Origin: Gnetum montanum | Lineage: Eukaryota; Plantae; Gnetophyta | Length of the DNA: 64,000 bases | Reading direction: 5' to 3' | Assembly: GCA_015680685.1 (NCBI GenBank) | Contig: MNCI01003186.1 | Span: 1,081,570 to 1,145,569, forward strand | Shown: positions 37,338-49,186 of the stretch, piece by piece | Layout of the letters: each line of letters opens with the position of its first letter | Numbering within the stretch: the first letter of the stretch is position 1 | Program-made: the position numbers and the translations under genes | The notes under the pieces: model-generated | Database searches by the model: none | Told to the model about the DNA's origin: nothing | Seen by the model: only the letters and a program-made list of their open reading frames with translations

Positions 37338-39045
37338 TAGTTGATCCTGAGCTCCCAAGGATCTATTTTACCTACAGTTGGTCTTGAGGATCCCTTTTGC
37401 CAACATTTGATCTCAATGATCTATGTGGCCAACCCTTTGTCCAATGGGTTTGTTGGATCAACCTTTGGTCTTGAGGATTTATTTTGCCAAAATTTGATCC
37501 CAAGGGTCTATTTGGAAAATTCTTGATCGTGAGGATCCATTCTGGCAATACTCAATCTTGAGGGTCCATGTTGCCAACACTTGGTTCCCAAGGTCCATTT
37601 TGCCTACAGTTGGTCCCAAGGGTTAGTTTGGTAAACACTTGGGAACCTGAGGGTCTATTTATCCATTCCTTGGTTTTGTGGGTCTGTTTAGTGAATAGTT
37701 GCTCTCAAGGGTCCATTTTCCCAATCCTTGGTCTTGATGGTTCATCTAGCCAACAATTGGTCCTGAGGGTCCATCTACTTAATAGCTAGTCCTAAGGGTT
37801 CATTTTGCCAATCTAGGCTCCACCATATTATACTACATCCTTATAAATTTGGTCCAAAGGGTTTGTTTGACCAAAAATTGATCTCAAGGATCCGTTTTGC
37901 ATATAGTTGGTCCCAAGGATCTATGAGGCCAACCCTTAGTTCATTTGGCCAACACTTGGTCTTAAGGGTCCATTGGACCAAACCTTTGTCACAGGGGATC
38001 ATGGGGTCAATACTTGGTTGGTCTTTAGGGTCTATTTTGCCTATGGTTGATCCTGAGGGTCCGTTGGGGCAACCCTTGGTCCTAAGTATCCATTTTTCCT
38101 ATAGTCAACCTTGAGGGTCCATTTTGCCTAAAGTTAGCCTTGAGGGTCCATTTGGCCAATAGTTGTTCTTGAGGGTCTGTTGGGCCAACCCTTAGTCACA
38201 AGCACCCATGTGACAAACAGTTTGTCTAGAGGATCTATTGGGTCACAACCCTTGGTCCCAAGGGTGTTTTTGGACAACATTTTATTGCAAGACTTTGTGT
38301 GATCAACACTTTGTCTAGAGGGTTCATTAGATCACCCATTGGTCCTAAGGATCCATCTAGGAAACATTTGGTCCCAATGGTCCATTTTGCCTATAGCTGG
38401 TCCGAAGGGTCTGTTTGAACAACATTTGGTTTTGGGAACAACCTTGAGTGTTGAGGGCATGTTTGATGAATAGTTGATCCCGAGGATCCATTTCACCAAA
38501 ACTTAGCCTTAAGGGTCTATTTGCCCAACACTTTGTCTAGATGATCTGTTGGGCCAACCCTTGGTCCTAAGGATCTGTTTGGCCAATAGCTGGACTCAAG
38601 GGTCCATTTTTCCAACCTAGGCTCCACCATATGATCCTACATCCTTATAAACTTGGTCCTCAAGGTCCGTTTGCCCAACAGTTAGTACTAAGGATCTATT
38701 TAAGTAACCCTTGGTCCTAATGCTCCATTGGATCAACCCTTGGTCCTAATGATCCATTTGGGTAACATTTGGTCTCAAGGGTCTATTTTGCCTACAACTA
38801 GTCTTGAGGGTCTATTTGGACAACATTTGGTCCCAAGGGTCCATTTGGCATATAGTTGGTCTTGAGGGTCTGTTTGGCCAACACGTAGTGCTAAGGGTCT
38901 ATTATGTGAATAATTGCTCTCGAGGGTTTGTTGGGCCAACCCTTGGTCCTAAGGGTTTGTATGATCAATAGTTGGTCCTGAAGATCTATCTGGTCAATAG
39001 TTGATCCCAAGGGTCCATTTTGCAGACCTAGGCTCTACCATACAC
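37338..39045. repeat. Degenerate ~30-bp tandem satellite (approx. TTGGTCCTAAGGGTCCATTTGGCCAACAC) with a recurring CTAGGCTCCACCATA interruption
   Basis: Dozens of units visible; interruption motif at ~37813, ~38617, ~39028. Confidence 0.9.
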
Positions 39046-39050
39046 CCAAC

Positions 39051-39874
39051 TGATGAGTGGCGAGGTACCCCTACACTCCACCATACGAATACGAGCGTAC
39101 ACGTGCGATCCGGTCGAACTCCGCAAACTAAATGCCTTAACGCCACAAGAAACACTTGGGGTTAATCATTCGTTGTCTTCCCAGGCTTTCTTGTATGTGT
39201 CACGGTGTATGTTTAAGCAAGTCTGAGGTATGCGATTTTTTTGGTATTTTCAGCTTATCTTGTATGCTACTAGGAGAAAGGGTTGCGAAAACTAAACTAA
39301 CGCTAATTAAGATCTAAGTCTAAATTAACTAGCGTTAGCATCCGTTCCCACTTGCCGGACACACCCTAAACTATGCAACTGCAGCTTACCAAACGCTAAT
39401 CGTTACTGAGATCGCCGCACGTAACGCAAGTGCTCGAAGTAGTCGTACTGAGGCACCTATTTAGCCTACGTGTGATAAGCAGCCGATTCCTTGACTAGCC
39501 GTACACGTCCGTAGACGCTTGTAATCAAGTCGTACTTTAACACACTAGGAAAGAAGGAAATAAAGCAAGAAATGAAACCACGTGCTGCAAGGTTTATCCA
39601 AACAAGTTCATCTTTATTGCCGTACACAACTTGGGTTCAGGTTACAAGCTGCTCGAATAAAGAGCCGTTCACTCTAGGACTCCTACTGCGGGCACATGGG
39701 GAAAAATTCTAACTCTGGAGTGATCAATCTGCCAAAGCTTTGCTACACTAGCCAGGATTGGGAAATGAAGGGAGTGCCGCCTCTTATTTATAGATATGGC
39801 GGCGGGACGCGATATCGCAGCGGCCACGATATCGCGTACGCGATATCGCGGCACATGCAAGTCGCGTCTCATCA
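39051..39874 (-). repeat. 3' LTR (824 bp)
   Basis: Direct repeat of 45274-46344 minus two internal repeat blocks; minus-strand TATAAATA at 39785-39792; preceded on the minus strand by AGTCATGGGGGTA (PPT position, 39875-39887). Confidence 0.95.
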
Positions 39875-41782
39875 TACCCCCATGACTGAATGAAAACTCA
39901 TCCTCAAGTTTCTTACAATGATATCAGGTAGGTATGGGATTATTAGGGTAAACGGAACTAATGGGATGACATGTGAACGGTCTTTATTACAAGACTTGAC
40001 AAAAACTAGTGTTCATGACAACATGGGTGAACACCTTATTACAATGAAATCAGGCCACAGTTGGCAGCTGAGAGAAAAGAGGAGAGAGAATAGAAGAGAA
40101 GAAGAGAGAAGAGTCTTGTTGCTGCCAACGCCTAGATTGCGCCTTTCGTTGTCCGTTTGTAAGCGCATTATCAATTCCATTCCTTGCGTGCTGCTTTAGT
40201 GCCACTCCATTCCAAGTGTCTATTCCAGATCCATTCCGTTGTTGTATGATTACCATCTGCACACACAACACAATCATATATTAGCAAGGGTAATTGAATC
40301 ATTAAGTAAAGCATACCTTACTTCGGTTTAGGTTCATTGGCTAAGTTGTGGTATGGCTAATATGGATCTGGGAAAATGTAGATGATGACTATCAAAGGTA
40401 TAGGGGTTAGGAAGAAAAACGAAAAAATCTGGGGCTTAGGATAAAAATCGAAAAATCAGGCCCCGTACCCCCATGACTAATCACGAACCTCCGGTAGTGG
40501 TAGAAGGGAGAGAAAAAAGGAATAGGAATGATAGGTAAAAAGGGACAACTATGACATCGATAGAAAGGATGTCATGATGGGAATGAACAAAAATGTTAAT
40601 GAATTGTAAAACGTTAAGGAAAAGAAGCTAACTAAAGGTCCAAATAGGAATGTCAGTGGGTCCTCCCCAAAGCAGGCTCATGCCCTTAATGCCCTGACAA
40701 TCCCACATTCAAAGAGTCCGTGGGCTCGGGGAATGTCCTTTGGAAACAAGAGTTAAAGTCTTAACCGGAAGAATTTACCAAAAATAAATCAAAGCATCAA
40801 CCAAAGTATATAAAATGATACAACCGGCAATGAGGTGAACAATGGAAAGAAGGATGGGAAGAAGGGAAGTGGAATGGAATCCCAAGAACAAGCTGGTGTA
40901 CAGCCCCTTGTGTGTTACATGATTAACGTGACTTGGTGAATCTCATTCCAACTCTGGGCTCAAACCAACCACTTCCAGTGACTTCGCATCAATGCAGTTG
41001 GTGAAATCATCCACTTGGGTAACAAGGACGCAACTTCGAGAAGCCACCACCATTCCGACGAAACAACAGAGAGAATGGGAAGCGAGAAGGGCCTTAGTTA
41101 GAGGGAACACTTTGGTTCCATAACCAGTGCTTGTAGCCCAAATGTATTCCGTCTAAGGGGTGTGCTTTGAATCCTCACTTTTAGCTTTGTAGCTTTTTTT
41201 TTCTTTTTTAGTTTTTTTTTCTTTTTTTTTTCTTGTTTTGTGTTTTTATGCGTGGGGACCACACCATGCAAAGACTTCTTTATTTTTATTGTCTCAGCTT
41301 CCGATTATTGGATTACATCAGAATGGTAAGAAACCCCAAGAAGAAAACATCCAAGCACCCAAGTGAATGACCAACACAAGAGCACCAAGTTCCCTTGAAG
41401 TCACACCCTTTGCAAATCCTTGAGTCCTTCCTTAGTTTGAGAAATGACCAGTCACTGGTTCGTTAAAGTTCTTATTGGAAGGTAACTGTACATTTCCGAG
41501 CCAAGGGAAACCATAGACTTGATGGTTGGATGGATGAAGTGGTCTCATTGCCTGCCATATCAAAAGAACATACCTTAGTATCAACAATGTAACTTAAAGG
41601 TAAAAACCAACCATTAGCAATTAATGAAAAAACAGTTCATCCCATCGGCCCGAACACTTATTGGGTGACGAATTTACATGGTGGATGACACACACACACA
41701 CACAAAATGGAAAAATATAACGATGTTGTAAAACAAAAACGTGTAAAACAAAAACTGAAAAAGAACTGAGGGCCCCATATGA

Positions 41783-44700
41783 TTAGCATAGGTGGCCATC
41801 TCCCCCATGACTGAGTTGTGAGGGAGAGATCCGAAAAACTGAGCGCCTATTTGAATTTCTAAGCAGCGTCCAACTTCTCCCAATTGATGATCTTAAATTC
41901 AGGGGTGAATTTTGGCGACGCTCACGTTCCAATGTGTCTATACCACGGTTGTTGGCATGAGTTGCCTCAGTTCGTTCCATGCATATTTGTTTGCTCTTAT
42001 GAGAAGCTGTCAACCACGGGGTGTCTACTACTTCTTGTGTGGTTGCTACATACAGGCATCTTTGTTGCAGAGTTTCCTGGGCACACCTGTGACATGGAGA
42101 CATTTCCTCCGTGTCATCACCCGATGAATCACTGTATGTGATGCATGGAACTATCCTCTTCTCGATCTTTCCACATATGTTTATCTTGGAGATTTCCAAG
42201 GAAAGATCACGGATCCTAAGGCATGCATCTACTGTGCTTAGCCATGCCCTTCCCATTATAATTGGGAAGTCCCCTTCGTTGTTGTTAACATCGATCACTA
42301 GGAAGTCTGCTGGGTAGGACCAACCACACACAGTGGTGATAACGTCCTCCACCAAACCCAATGGGATGGCAATGGACTGGTCTGCCAGCTCCAGTTGAAT
42401 GTTGCTCTTCTTAAGTTGGGGCAGGTTCCAGGCGTGATACATCTTTCGCGAAATTAAGTTGACTCCGGAACCTGAGTCAAGAAGAGCTCGATGTGGCGCA
42501 TTCCCAGCGATCTGCAAATGAATAAAGGGACTCCCAGGGTCAGTTAGTTTCCTGGGAAGGTGGCCTACCTTGATCCAGTCAGTTACGGTATGTGTTAGCA
42601 TAACCGTATGCGTTACATTCCCTTGGACTGAAGGGTGCTCCGAAGTGTTAGTAGTTAGAGGCCTATACATATACCCGTCCGCTTGTTGTTGCGAGAGCCT
42701 ATCCGGGCTCCTAGTTCTGAAAAAGGGTCTCCTTTTTGTACAGTTATCGCCAGAACTAGTGTCCGGTTGGATATTTACACTCTGAATATTTACAGATCTC
42801 GCGGCGTGACGTTGCTGCGGTTGGGTAGGTAATTCCCCTTGCATTGTTGGAGCAGGAGGTGTTATGGGAACTACTTGAGGAAAAGGTGCGGGTGGAGTTA
42901 GAGGATGGACAGAATGTGGAATGTCTCCCGGAGGAGAAGGAGTCCTTCTGAAGTACTCCCGAGCGTAGTAGTGACGGCGTGGAGTGTGACTCATAGCGTC
43001 ACCTGGAGAAACTGGCTGCTGCACATAATAACCATAAGGATCAGGCTGCCGGTAAGGGTATCGATGTGTTGGCTGTGGCATCCCCCATGACTGTGGGTAT
43101 TGCCACTGCTGATGTTGCTCGATGGGCTGCGGAGGTGTTCCACTTGGATAATACGTCAAGGGTTGGTGGAACTGCCTCGGGTTACCTTGTGGATAAGGTA
43201 ACCTTCTGGGTGTTTGCCGTTGATTAAGTCTTGGATTTAATGCATACACCCCAGACTCCTGCAGATGTGAGATAATTGGACAACATCCCTTAGGATGGTC
43301 ATAATAGCAGACCTCACATCCACCGTCATTGTCTGAATCAGAATTTTCAGCCTCATCGGAGTTAGAGATTTTTCCCTTACCCTTGTTATGTGCAGGGTTA
43401 AAGTTTCTCCGCTTGTCTTTGCTTTTATCACTACTTTGCTCATCCTTAGACTCTTCTACAATTTTCAGGACTGTTTCTATTCGTGAGTCTAAGGAATCCC
43501 ACATTTGGTCTACCTTAGCCGATACCTCCGTTGTTAACTTTTGGATCGGCACAGTTTTCCTGTTCACCAACTCTTCGAGTGGTGACTCATCCTCCTCATC
43601 ACAGAATTTCACTCCCTTCTTACGAAGGGAGGGATCACGGTTGTATTCCTCCGCACTTTCTCTTTTCCGTAGCTCACCCTCTTCTTGCGCTACTTGTTCC
43701 AACAATACTTCAACTTCATGGGCTCTTAGTTGGGAGAGTCTCCCTTGGGCGTAAGTCCCAAGAGTTCTTCTCGTTTCATTTCGTAGCCCATCCACGAGGT
43801 GGCGAAGTTGATCCCGCTTAGCGTACCCATGGCCCGGGCAACGATGTAGCAATGTGTAGTAACGGGCCATGGCAGCATCCAAGGATTCATGAGCTCCTTG
43901 TTTCCAGCCTTGGATCTGCTTACGCAAGTTAGACACTCTGGAGTACGTTTGATATTTGTTGTTGAACAATTCAAGCATCGTACTCCACCTCCTGATGGTT
44001 TCCGGTTCTAAGGACCGGTACCAGCTTTCTGCTTCTTTAGTGAGTGTCCTTGGGAACAACTTGAGTTTCTGCCACTCATTGTCTATGTTCTGCAAGGCAC
44101 AGGCGTCGTGGAATGCCTGTAAATGATGTTGAGGATCAGCGTTGTATCCCCCTTCAAAACGTGGGATATTATTTATATCCAAACGCTTGATCCTACTGTC
44201 TTTTAAATGCCTTGTGGGAATCCTAACTGCCTCTCTAATATCAAGCATACTTCGGGTTGCGAATAGGGGTTCGTCATGATCATCTCTTTCATGACGTCTG
44301 TGATGTCTACGTTGTGGTTCCCTATTCTCCCTACGTCCTTGCCCTTGTCCTAACTCCTCTCGACCTTCTTGTCGAGGCATTTCATCTCTTTTACCTTTAC
44401 TCTCCGCGTTATGCTCATGGTGGCTGCGCCCAGATGTGGAAGGAGAGGGTGAATGATGTGATGAAGGGGAAGAAGAAGGGGATCCATCACCATGGTGATG
44501 TTTCTTGCCTTCTCTTCGGCTGCTTCGGCCCCGATCGTTGTGACGATCAACGAGTCCGTCATTAGTGCGAGTGATTGTTCCTGCCGTGAACAGCTGGTGC
44601 TCACGGGGATCAGAGCCTGGAATATGTATCGTTGATCTAAGGCCCTGATGCCTAACCTCTTCACTAGAGTGAGGAGGAGGAACATCATTTTCTAAGAAAC

Positions 44701-45127
44701 CCGTTGTGAGGGGTTCCTCGTCTCCTATTTCACTAATGACGTGGGAAACCTTGCCCTTCAGTAGTGAATGTTGGCTCTCCTGCCTTGCATCCCGAATACG
44801 TTGGGCTTTTGTGGGTTGATAATCCCTCAGAGTGTAATCATCCGCAACGTATTCAGTAATCAGCTCTTGCATGCCATACCGTACCAAGGCACGGAAAAGC
44901 ATGTTGGAAGCAGATCGATCTGGGGGTAACACGATGTTACCTTGCATGTCTCTCCACCGCAGTTGCTCATCTTGATGGAAAACAAAGGTAAAATCCGGCA
45001 CATACTCATCGGGATGAGTATATGTGACCTTAGATTGTTGAGGACATGGTTGATCTCGGTTATGCGTATGATGCTGACTTTCTCCTGTATTGTCCTTAGG
45101 TGAGTTGATTTCGTGAGAAGAAGCCAT
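41783..45127 (-). CDS. gag: Intact Athila-type Gag-aspartic protease polyprotein, 1114 aa
   Basis: IPRFEG..DPQHHL, KLKLFPRTL...AESWYRSL, LLHRCPGHG (retrotransposon Gag); KLTDPGS, ALLDSGSGVNL, PIIMGRAWL (protease). No internal stops. Confidence 0.92.
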   Translation of the reverse strand: MASSHEINSPKDNTGESQHHTHNRDQPCPQQSKVTYTHPDEYVPDFTFVFHQDEQLRWRDMQGNIVLPPDRSASNMLFRALVRYGMQELITEYVADDYTLRDYQPTKAQRIRDARQESQHSLLKGKVSHVISEIGDEEPLTTGFLENDVPPPHSSEEVRHQGLRSTIHIPGSDPREHQLFTAGTITRTNDGLVDRHNDRGRSSRREGKKHHHGDGSPSSSPSSHHSPSPSTSGRSHHEHNAESKGKRDEMPRQEGREELGQGQGRRENREPQRRHHRRHERDDHDEPLFATRSMLDIREAVRIPTRHLKDSRIKRLDINNIPRFEGGYNADPQHHLQAFHDACALQNIDNEWQKLKLFPRTLTKEAESWYRSLEPETIRRWSTMLELFNNKYQTYSRVSNLRKQIQGWKQGAHESLDAAMARYYTLLHRCPGHGYAKRDQLRHLVDGLRNETRRTLGTYAQGRLSQLRAHEVEVLLEQVAQEEGELRKRESAEEYNRDPSLRKKGVKFCDEEDESPLEELVNRKTVPIQKLTTEVSAKVDQMWDSLDSRIETVLKIVEESKDEQSSDKSKDKRRNFNPAHNKGKGKISNSDEAENSDSDNDGGCEVCYYDHPKGCCPIISHLQESGVYALNPRLNQRQTPRRLPYPQGNPRQFHQPLTYYPSGTPPQPIEQHQQWQYPQSWGMPQPTHRYPYRQPDPYGYYVQQPVSPGDAMSHTPRRHYYAREYFRRTPSPPGDIPHSVHPLTPPAPFPQVVPITPPAPTMQGELPTQPQQRHAARSVNIQSVNIQPDTSSGDNCTKRRPFFRTRSPDRLSQQQADGYMYRPLTTNTSEHPSVQGNVTHTVMLTHTVTDWIKVGHLPRKLTDPGSPFIHLQIAGNAPHRALLDSGSGVNLISRKMYHAWNLPQLKKSNIQLELADQSIAIPLGLVEDVITTVCGWSYPADFLVIDVNNNEGDFPIIMGRAWLSTVDACLRIRDLSLEISKINICGKIEKRIVPCITYSDSSGDDTEEMSPCHRCAQETLQQRCLYVATTQEVVDTPWLTASHKSKQICMERTEATHANNRGIDTLERERRQNSPLNLRSSIGRSWTLLRNSNRRSVFRISPSQLSHGGDGHLC

Positions 45128-45254
45128 TTCTATTGGTGTGCTAATTTCACCGTTATTTATTGTTCTTGATTAACTGATTAACCCTAAGGTTCGTTTTAAG
45201 CTCACAACGATGTGAGTGATATCCCTTATGTTAAATTGGCGAAAAAACACTTAG

Positions 45255-45272
45255 TCCCCGGCAACGGCGCCA
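45255..45272 (-). other. Primer binding site, tRNA-Asp (Athila-typical)
   Basis: Minus strand TGGCGCCGTTGCCGGGGA next to the 5' LTR. Confidence 0.92.
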
Positions 45273-45273
45273 A

Positions 45274-46344
45274 TGATGAGTGGCGAGGTACCCCTACACT
45301 CCACCATACGAATACGAGCGTACACGCGCGATCCGGTCGAACTCCGCAGACTAAATGCCTTAACGCCACAAGAAACACTTGGGGTTAATCGTTCGTTGTC
45401 TTCCCAGGCTTGCTTGTATGTGTCACGGTGTATGGTTAAGCAAGTCTGAGGTATGTGATTTTTTTGGTATTTTCGGCTTATCTTCTATGCTACCAGGAGA
45501 AAGGGTTGAGAAAACTAAACTAACTCTAACTAAGATCTAAGTCTAAATTAACTAGCGTCAGCATCCGTTCCCACTTGCCGGACACACCCTGAACTATGCA
45601 ACTGCAGCTTACCAAACGCTAATCGTTACTGGGATCGCCACACGTAACGCAAGTGCTCGAAGTGGTCGTACTGAGGCACCTATTTAGCCTACGTGTGATA
45701 AGCAGCCGATTCCTTAGCCAGCCGTACACACCCGTGGGTGCTCGTAACTAAGTCGTACTTATCACACGATCTAGCCTAGCAATGAGCAGCCGATTCCTCA
45801 ACTAGCCGTACACATTAGACCCGGGAGTTACCAAGCGCAGAATCCTGGAATACGCTACTGGGTTACCAAGCAGCCAATGCTCGTAATTGAGTCGTACTCA
45901 TGCATTGCGTCAAGCAGCCGATTCCTTGACTAGCCGTACACGTCCGTAGACGCTCGTAATCAAGTCGTACTTGAACGCACTAGGAAAGCAGGAAATGAAA
46001 GCAATAAATGAAACCACGTGCTGCAAGGTTTATCCAAACAAGTTTGTCTTTATTTCCGTACACAACTTGGGTTCAGGTTACAAGCTGCTCGAATAAAGAG
46101 TCGTTCACTCTAGGACTCCTACTGCGGGCACATGGGGAAAAATTCTAACTCTGGAGTGATCAATCTGCCAGATCTTTGCTACACTAGCCAGGATTTGGAA
46201 ATAAGGGGAGTGCCGCCTCTTATTTATAGATATGGCGGCGGGATGCGATATCGCATACGCGATATCGCAGGGTAAGACGCGATATCGCGGCGGCCGCGAT
46301 ATCGCGTACGCGATATCGCAGCACATGCAAGTCGCGTCTCATCA
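45274..46344 (-). repeat. 5' LTR (1071 bp)
   Basis: Three AGCAGCCGATTCC...GTCGTACT units (one in the 3' LTR) and five GCGATATCGC palindromes (three in the 3' LTR); minus-strand TATA at 46221-46228. Confidence 0.95.
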
Positions 46345-46375
46345 CCAACCATATGAATCATAGAGAGCCCACACA

Positions 46376-47169
46376 TGATCTAGTTGAATTTTGTGGACTC
46401 TACAATTTTTGATACACTAGTCCTCTAGGAAGTGAACCTTACCTTGAAGGTTGTTTGTTGTCTTCCTAATTACACTTGTGAAGTATAAATGTGTGGTTAA
46501 CTGTAATCGAGGCATATGATTTTTATCATTTTATTTTTTATGTTCTTTGGAGCTTGAAGATAGAGAAAAAGTAATTTAATAATTAATTTGATTTAACTAA
46601 CTAATTGATCTCTAACTAATCCTAGCATAATCATTTGGTCTCACTTTCTATACATGTCCTAAAGCCACATATCCACTACTAGGTTACCAAGCACTATGCT
46701 ACTAGGTCTACCAAGCAATAATGCTACTAGGATTACCAAGTGAATATGTGTTATGCTCGAAGCGATCATACTTATGTATTTAATCTATCTAACTTAGCTT
46801 GCTTAATTAGCTTAATTAATGAAAAATGTTAAATAAATAACTAAAAACATTAAATACATGAATAAAATAACTAAACTATCTAGAATGTTGCAAGGTTGAT
46901 CAAGAAGCTCATTTTTATTGTTGTACACACTATTGTGCTTAGGTATAATAATGTTCAAATAAAAATCTATACACTCAATGACTTCTGCTACAAGCACTCG
47001 GGAAAATATTCTAAATATTAAATGGAAAAAGTACAAGAGCTCTACTACTGCTACCAATATATTTTCTTAAATGCAGCTCACGAGCATGTATTTATAGGTA
47101 AGAACAAATCCTGCATCGATGGGGCCTAGTCAACATGGCCTCATCGATAGAACCGTCCACAAGTCATCA
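46376..47169 (-). mobile_element. Old solo-LTR-like remnant of the Athila-related family
   Basis: Same block order (ACTAGGTTACCAAG, ATGCTCGAAG, TGCAAGGTT, TATTTATAG), ends GTCATCA at 47169. No TSD found; left end approximate. Confidence 0.6.
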
Positions 47170-49186
47170 TTTTGGAAATGGACATTCAAAATTTGTAACA
47201 ACTTACAACTAAGTATTAATGAAACCATTCTTGATGATTAACTTGCGTTATCTACTTTATTTCTTTGCATTTAGAAATGTCTTCAATCACTTATTCTCTA
47301 TGCTATTTGGAAGCTTCAGTGTATAGTAATTTTAGAGTAGCAAGAGCATAATGATGATCTCTCTTCAAGAGTTAAATATTAGATTCTTAAGGATGTCACT
47401 TTTCATTATAAATTCAATTAAAAAGGCTCCAAGTGAAATCTAAATAATTACTTTATTTTCTAATGTATTAAATTATTTTGTTTTAGAGACTTAATGATGG
47501 GAAGCTTTCAACTTCTATATCTATTTATTCATTATTTTTTATTGATATGTTCTTTTATGTTTAAAGAGAGTTTTCTCTTTCTCTTTACAAAAAAATTTCT
47601 TACTAAGAAGTGAAAACCTATGAAGATGCTTTTAAACAAAGGTAATGCCTAATCCTTTTCCTCTCTTAAAAGAGATGTTTTTTTAAAATAAAAATTGCTT
47701 GTAAACATGAAAACCTAAAAAGACATCCCCAAAACTATTAGAATTTTTCTTCAGGGGGGATGTTCGAACCCAAAATAATTAAAAGATACATACACCCCAA
47801 GATTTACAAAAGTTTATAACTTAGTGTTATCTAGCAGAATCAAATCTATGACCTAGGGTTACTAGGTCAAGGCCTGTACTTCTAGGATAATATCGCATTG
47901 TTGTTAGGCTTTTAATTTGGACTCTTTTTTTATTGATTTTATGTACTCTATATTTTTAAAATATTATTATTCAACATCCAACAATTTTCTATAATTATAT
48001 CAAATCCTTTTGCTATTTTAAGTTCAAGCATAGATGTTGAAAGTAATGTAAATGTACCCAACAATAGGTGGTTCAAGTGTTTAACTCAAGTAAATATAAT
48101 TTTTTATTAGATCTAATATTTCTCTAATGAATCTATTACTAGATTTATTAGGTGATTATTCAAGCAAATCCATTAATTCTTTGTCATTCTACAAGTTGCT
48201 TGATGATTTATATGAATGTATTACTTAGGGAATGTATAAAAGGTATGTCTTCACGCAAATTCTATGTTTATTTATCTTGTTCCTCAAGTTTTTTGAGTCA
48301 TTTAAATATGGTTTGGAAAGATCAAGGATTTGATACTATCTATGCATGTTATTTGTCAAATTTGTTCTTGTTGGTAGAATTTGTTGATTCGGCAATGGTT
48401 TTTAAGGCCCTTGATATTAATGTCCTCAATCATCATCATGCTCTATTAATTATTTAAAAGTGGGATTTCTCTTTTAATTTATCATCTCCTATATTTCAAA
48501 CGATTCCTTGTTTTGTTGAATTGTCGAACCTTCCATGAATTTCTAAAAAAAGGTTGAAAGGAATATTATTTCTCAAATTGAGCCAATAAACATTTTGAAA
48601 TCCTAGCTACAACTTTTGGTTTTTTAAAAAATAAATTTATAATGGAATGGAGCTATCATAAATGATAGTCCAAGGTTAATATTATTTATAATTGGTTTTT
48701 ATTTATTGTTAGTTGTGTTAGGTTGTTAAGTAAAAGGTTTTCAAAGTATAGGTTCTTAAAGTATTGCTAGATTCTTTTGTAATAGTTGTCTTTACATGTA
48801 CTCATAGTCATCCTTTTGGGGTTCTAATATTATCATTATTTTAGACTTTGTTAACAAAATAGTATTTATTATTTACAGTTTGTTTAATCATACTTAATCA
48901 CTTTTTTCATGTTTTTCATTTTTAATATTCCTATTAATTGCTCTTGTACAGCTACAATTTAGCATCAATCTTCTTTGAACATCATCAAACAATCTAAAAG
49001 GCTAAATCATGAAAAATAAAGAGAGATTATATAAATTGACCAAGCAACAAAAAAAATATGTAAACTTATTTTTTTAACATTATAATACTATTTCAAATAG
49101 TAATCTTAGCACAGAAAATAAACACCTAAAATATAAATGCATCAGTTCATTTTTCTGTATGTAGGTTTGTAATTTAAAGTTATTTG

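Larger units (their letters stand above)
39051..46344 (-). mobile_element. Athila-like non-autonomous LTR retrotransposon (Gag-protease only), 7294 bp
   Basis: TGATGAG...CTCATCA termini; TSD CCAAC (39046-39050 and 46345-46349); tRNA-Asp PBS; one long ORF; no RT/RH/INT motifs in the internal region. Confidence 0.95.

Noticed and set aside
37338-39045. Collagen-like coding repeat (GPKGPFGQHL in one frame)
   Set aside because: Unit length varies around 30 bp so the frame shifts constantly; only short ORFs with many stops.
41884-44688. Many overlapping short ORFs around the Athila gag
   Set aside because: Shadow frames of a GC-richer coding region; no motifs or consistent splice chain, unlike 20408-24078.
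34809-47169. One outer LTR element with LTRs at 34809-35390 and 46376-47169 enclosing the nested inserts
   Set aside because: The two remnants are only loosely similar, with no TSD, PBS or PPT found; treated as independent old LTRs.
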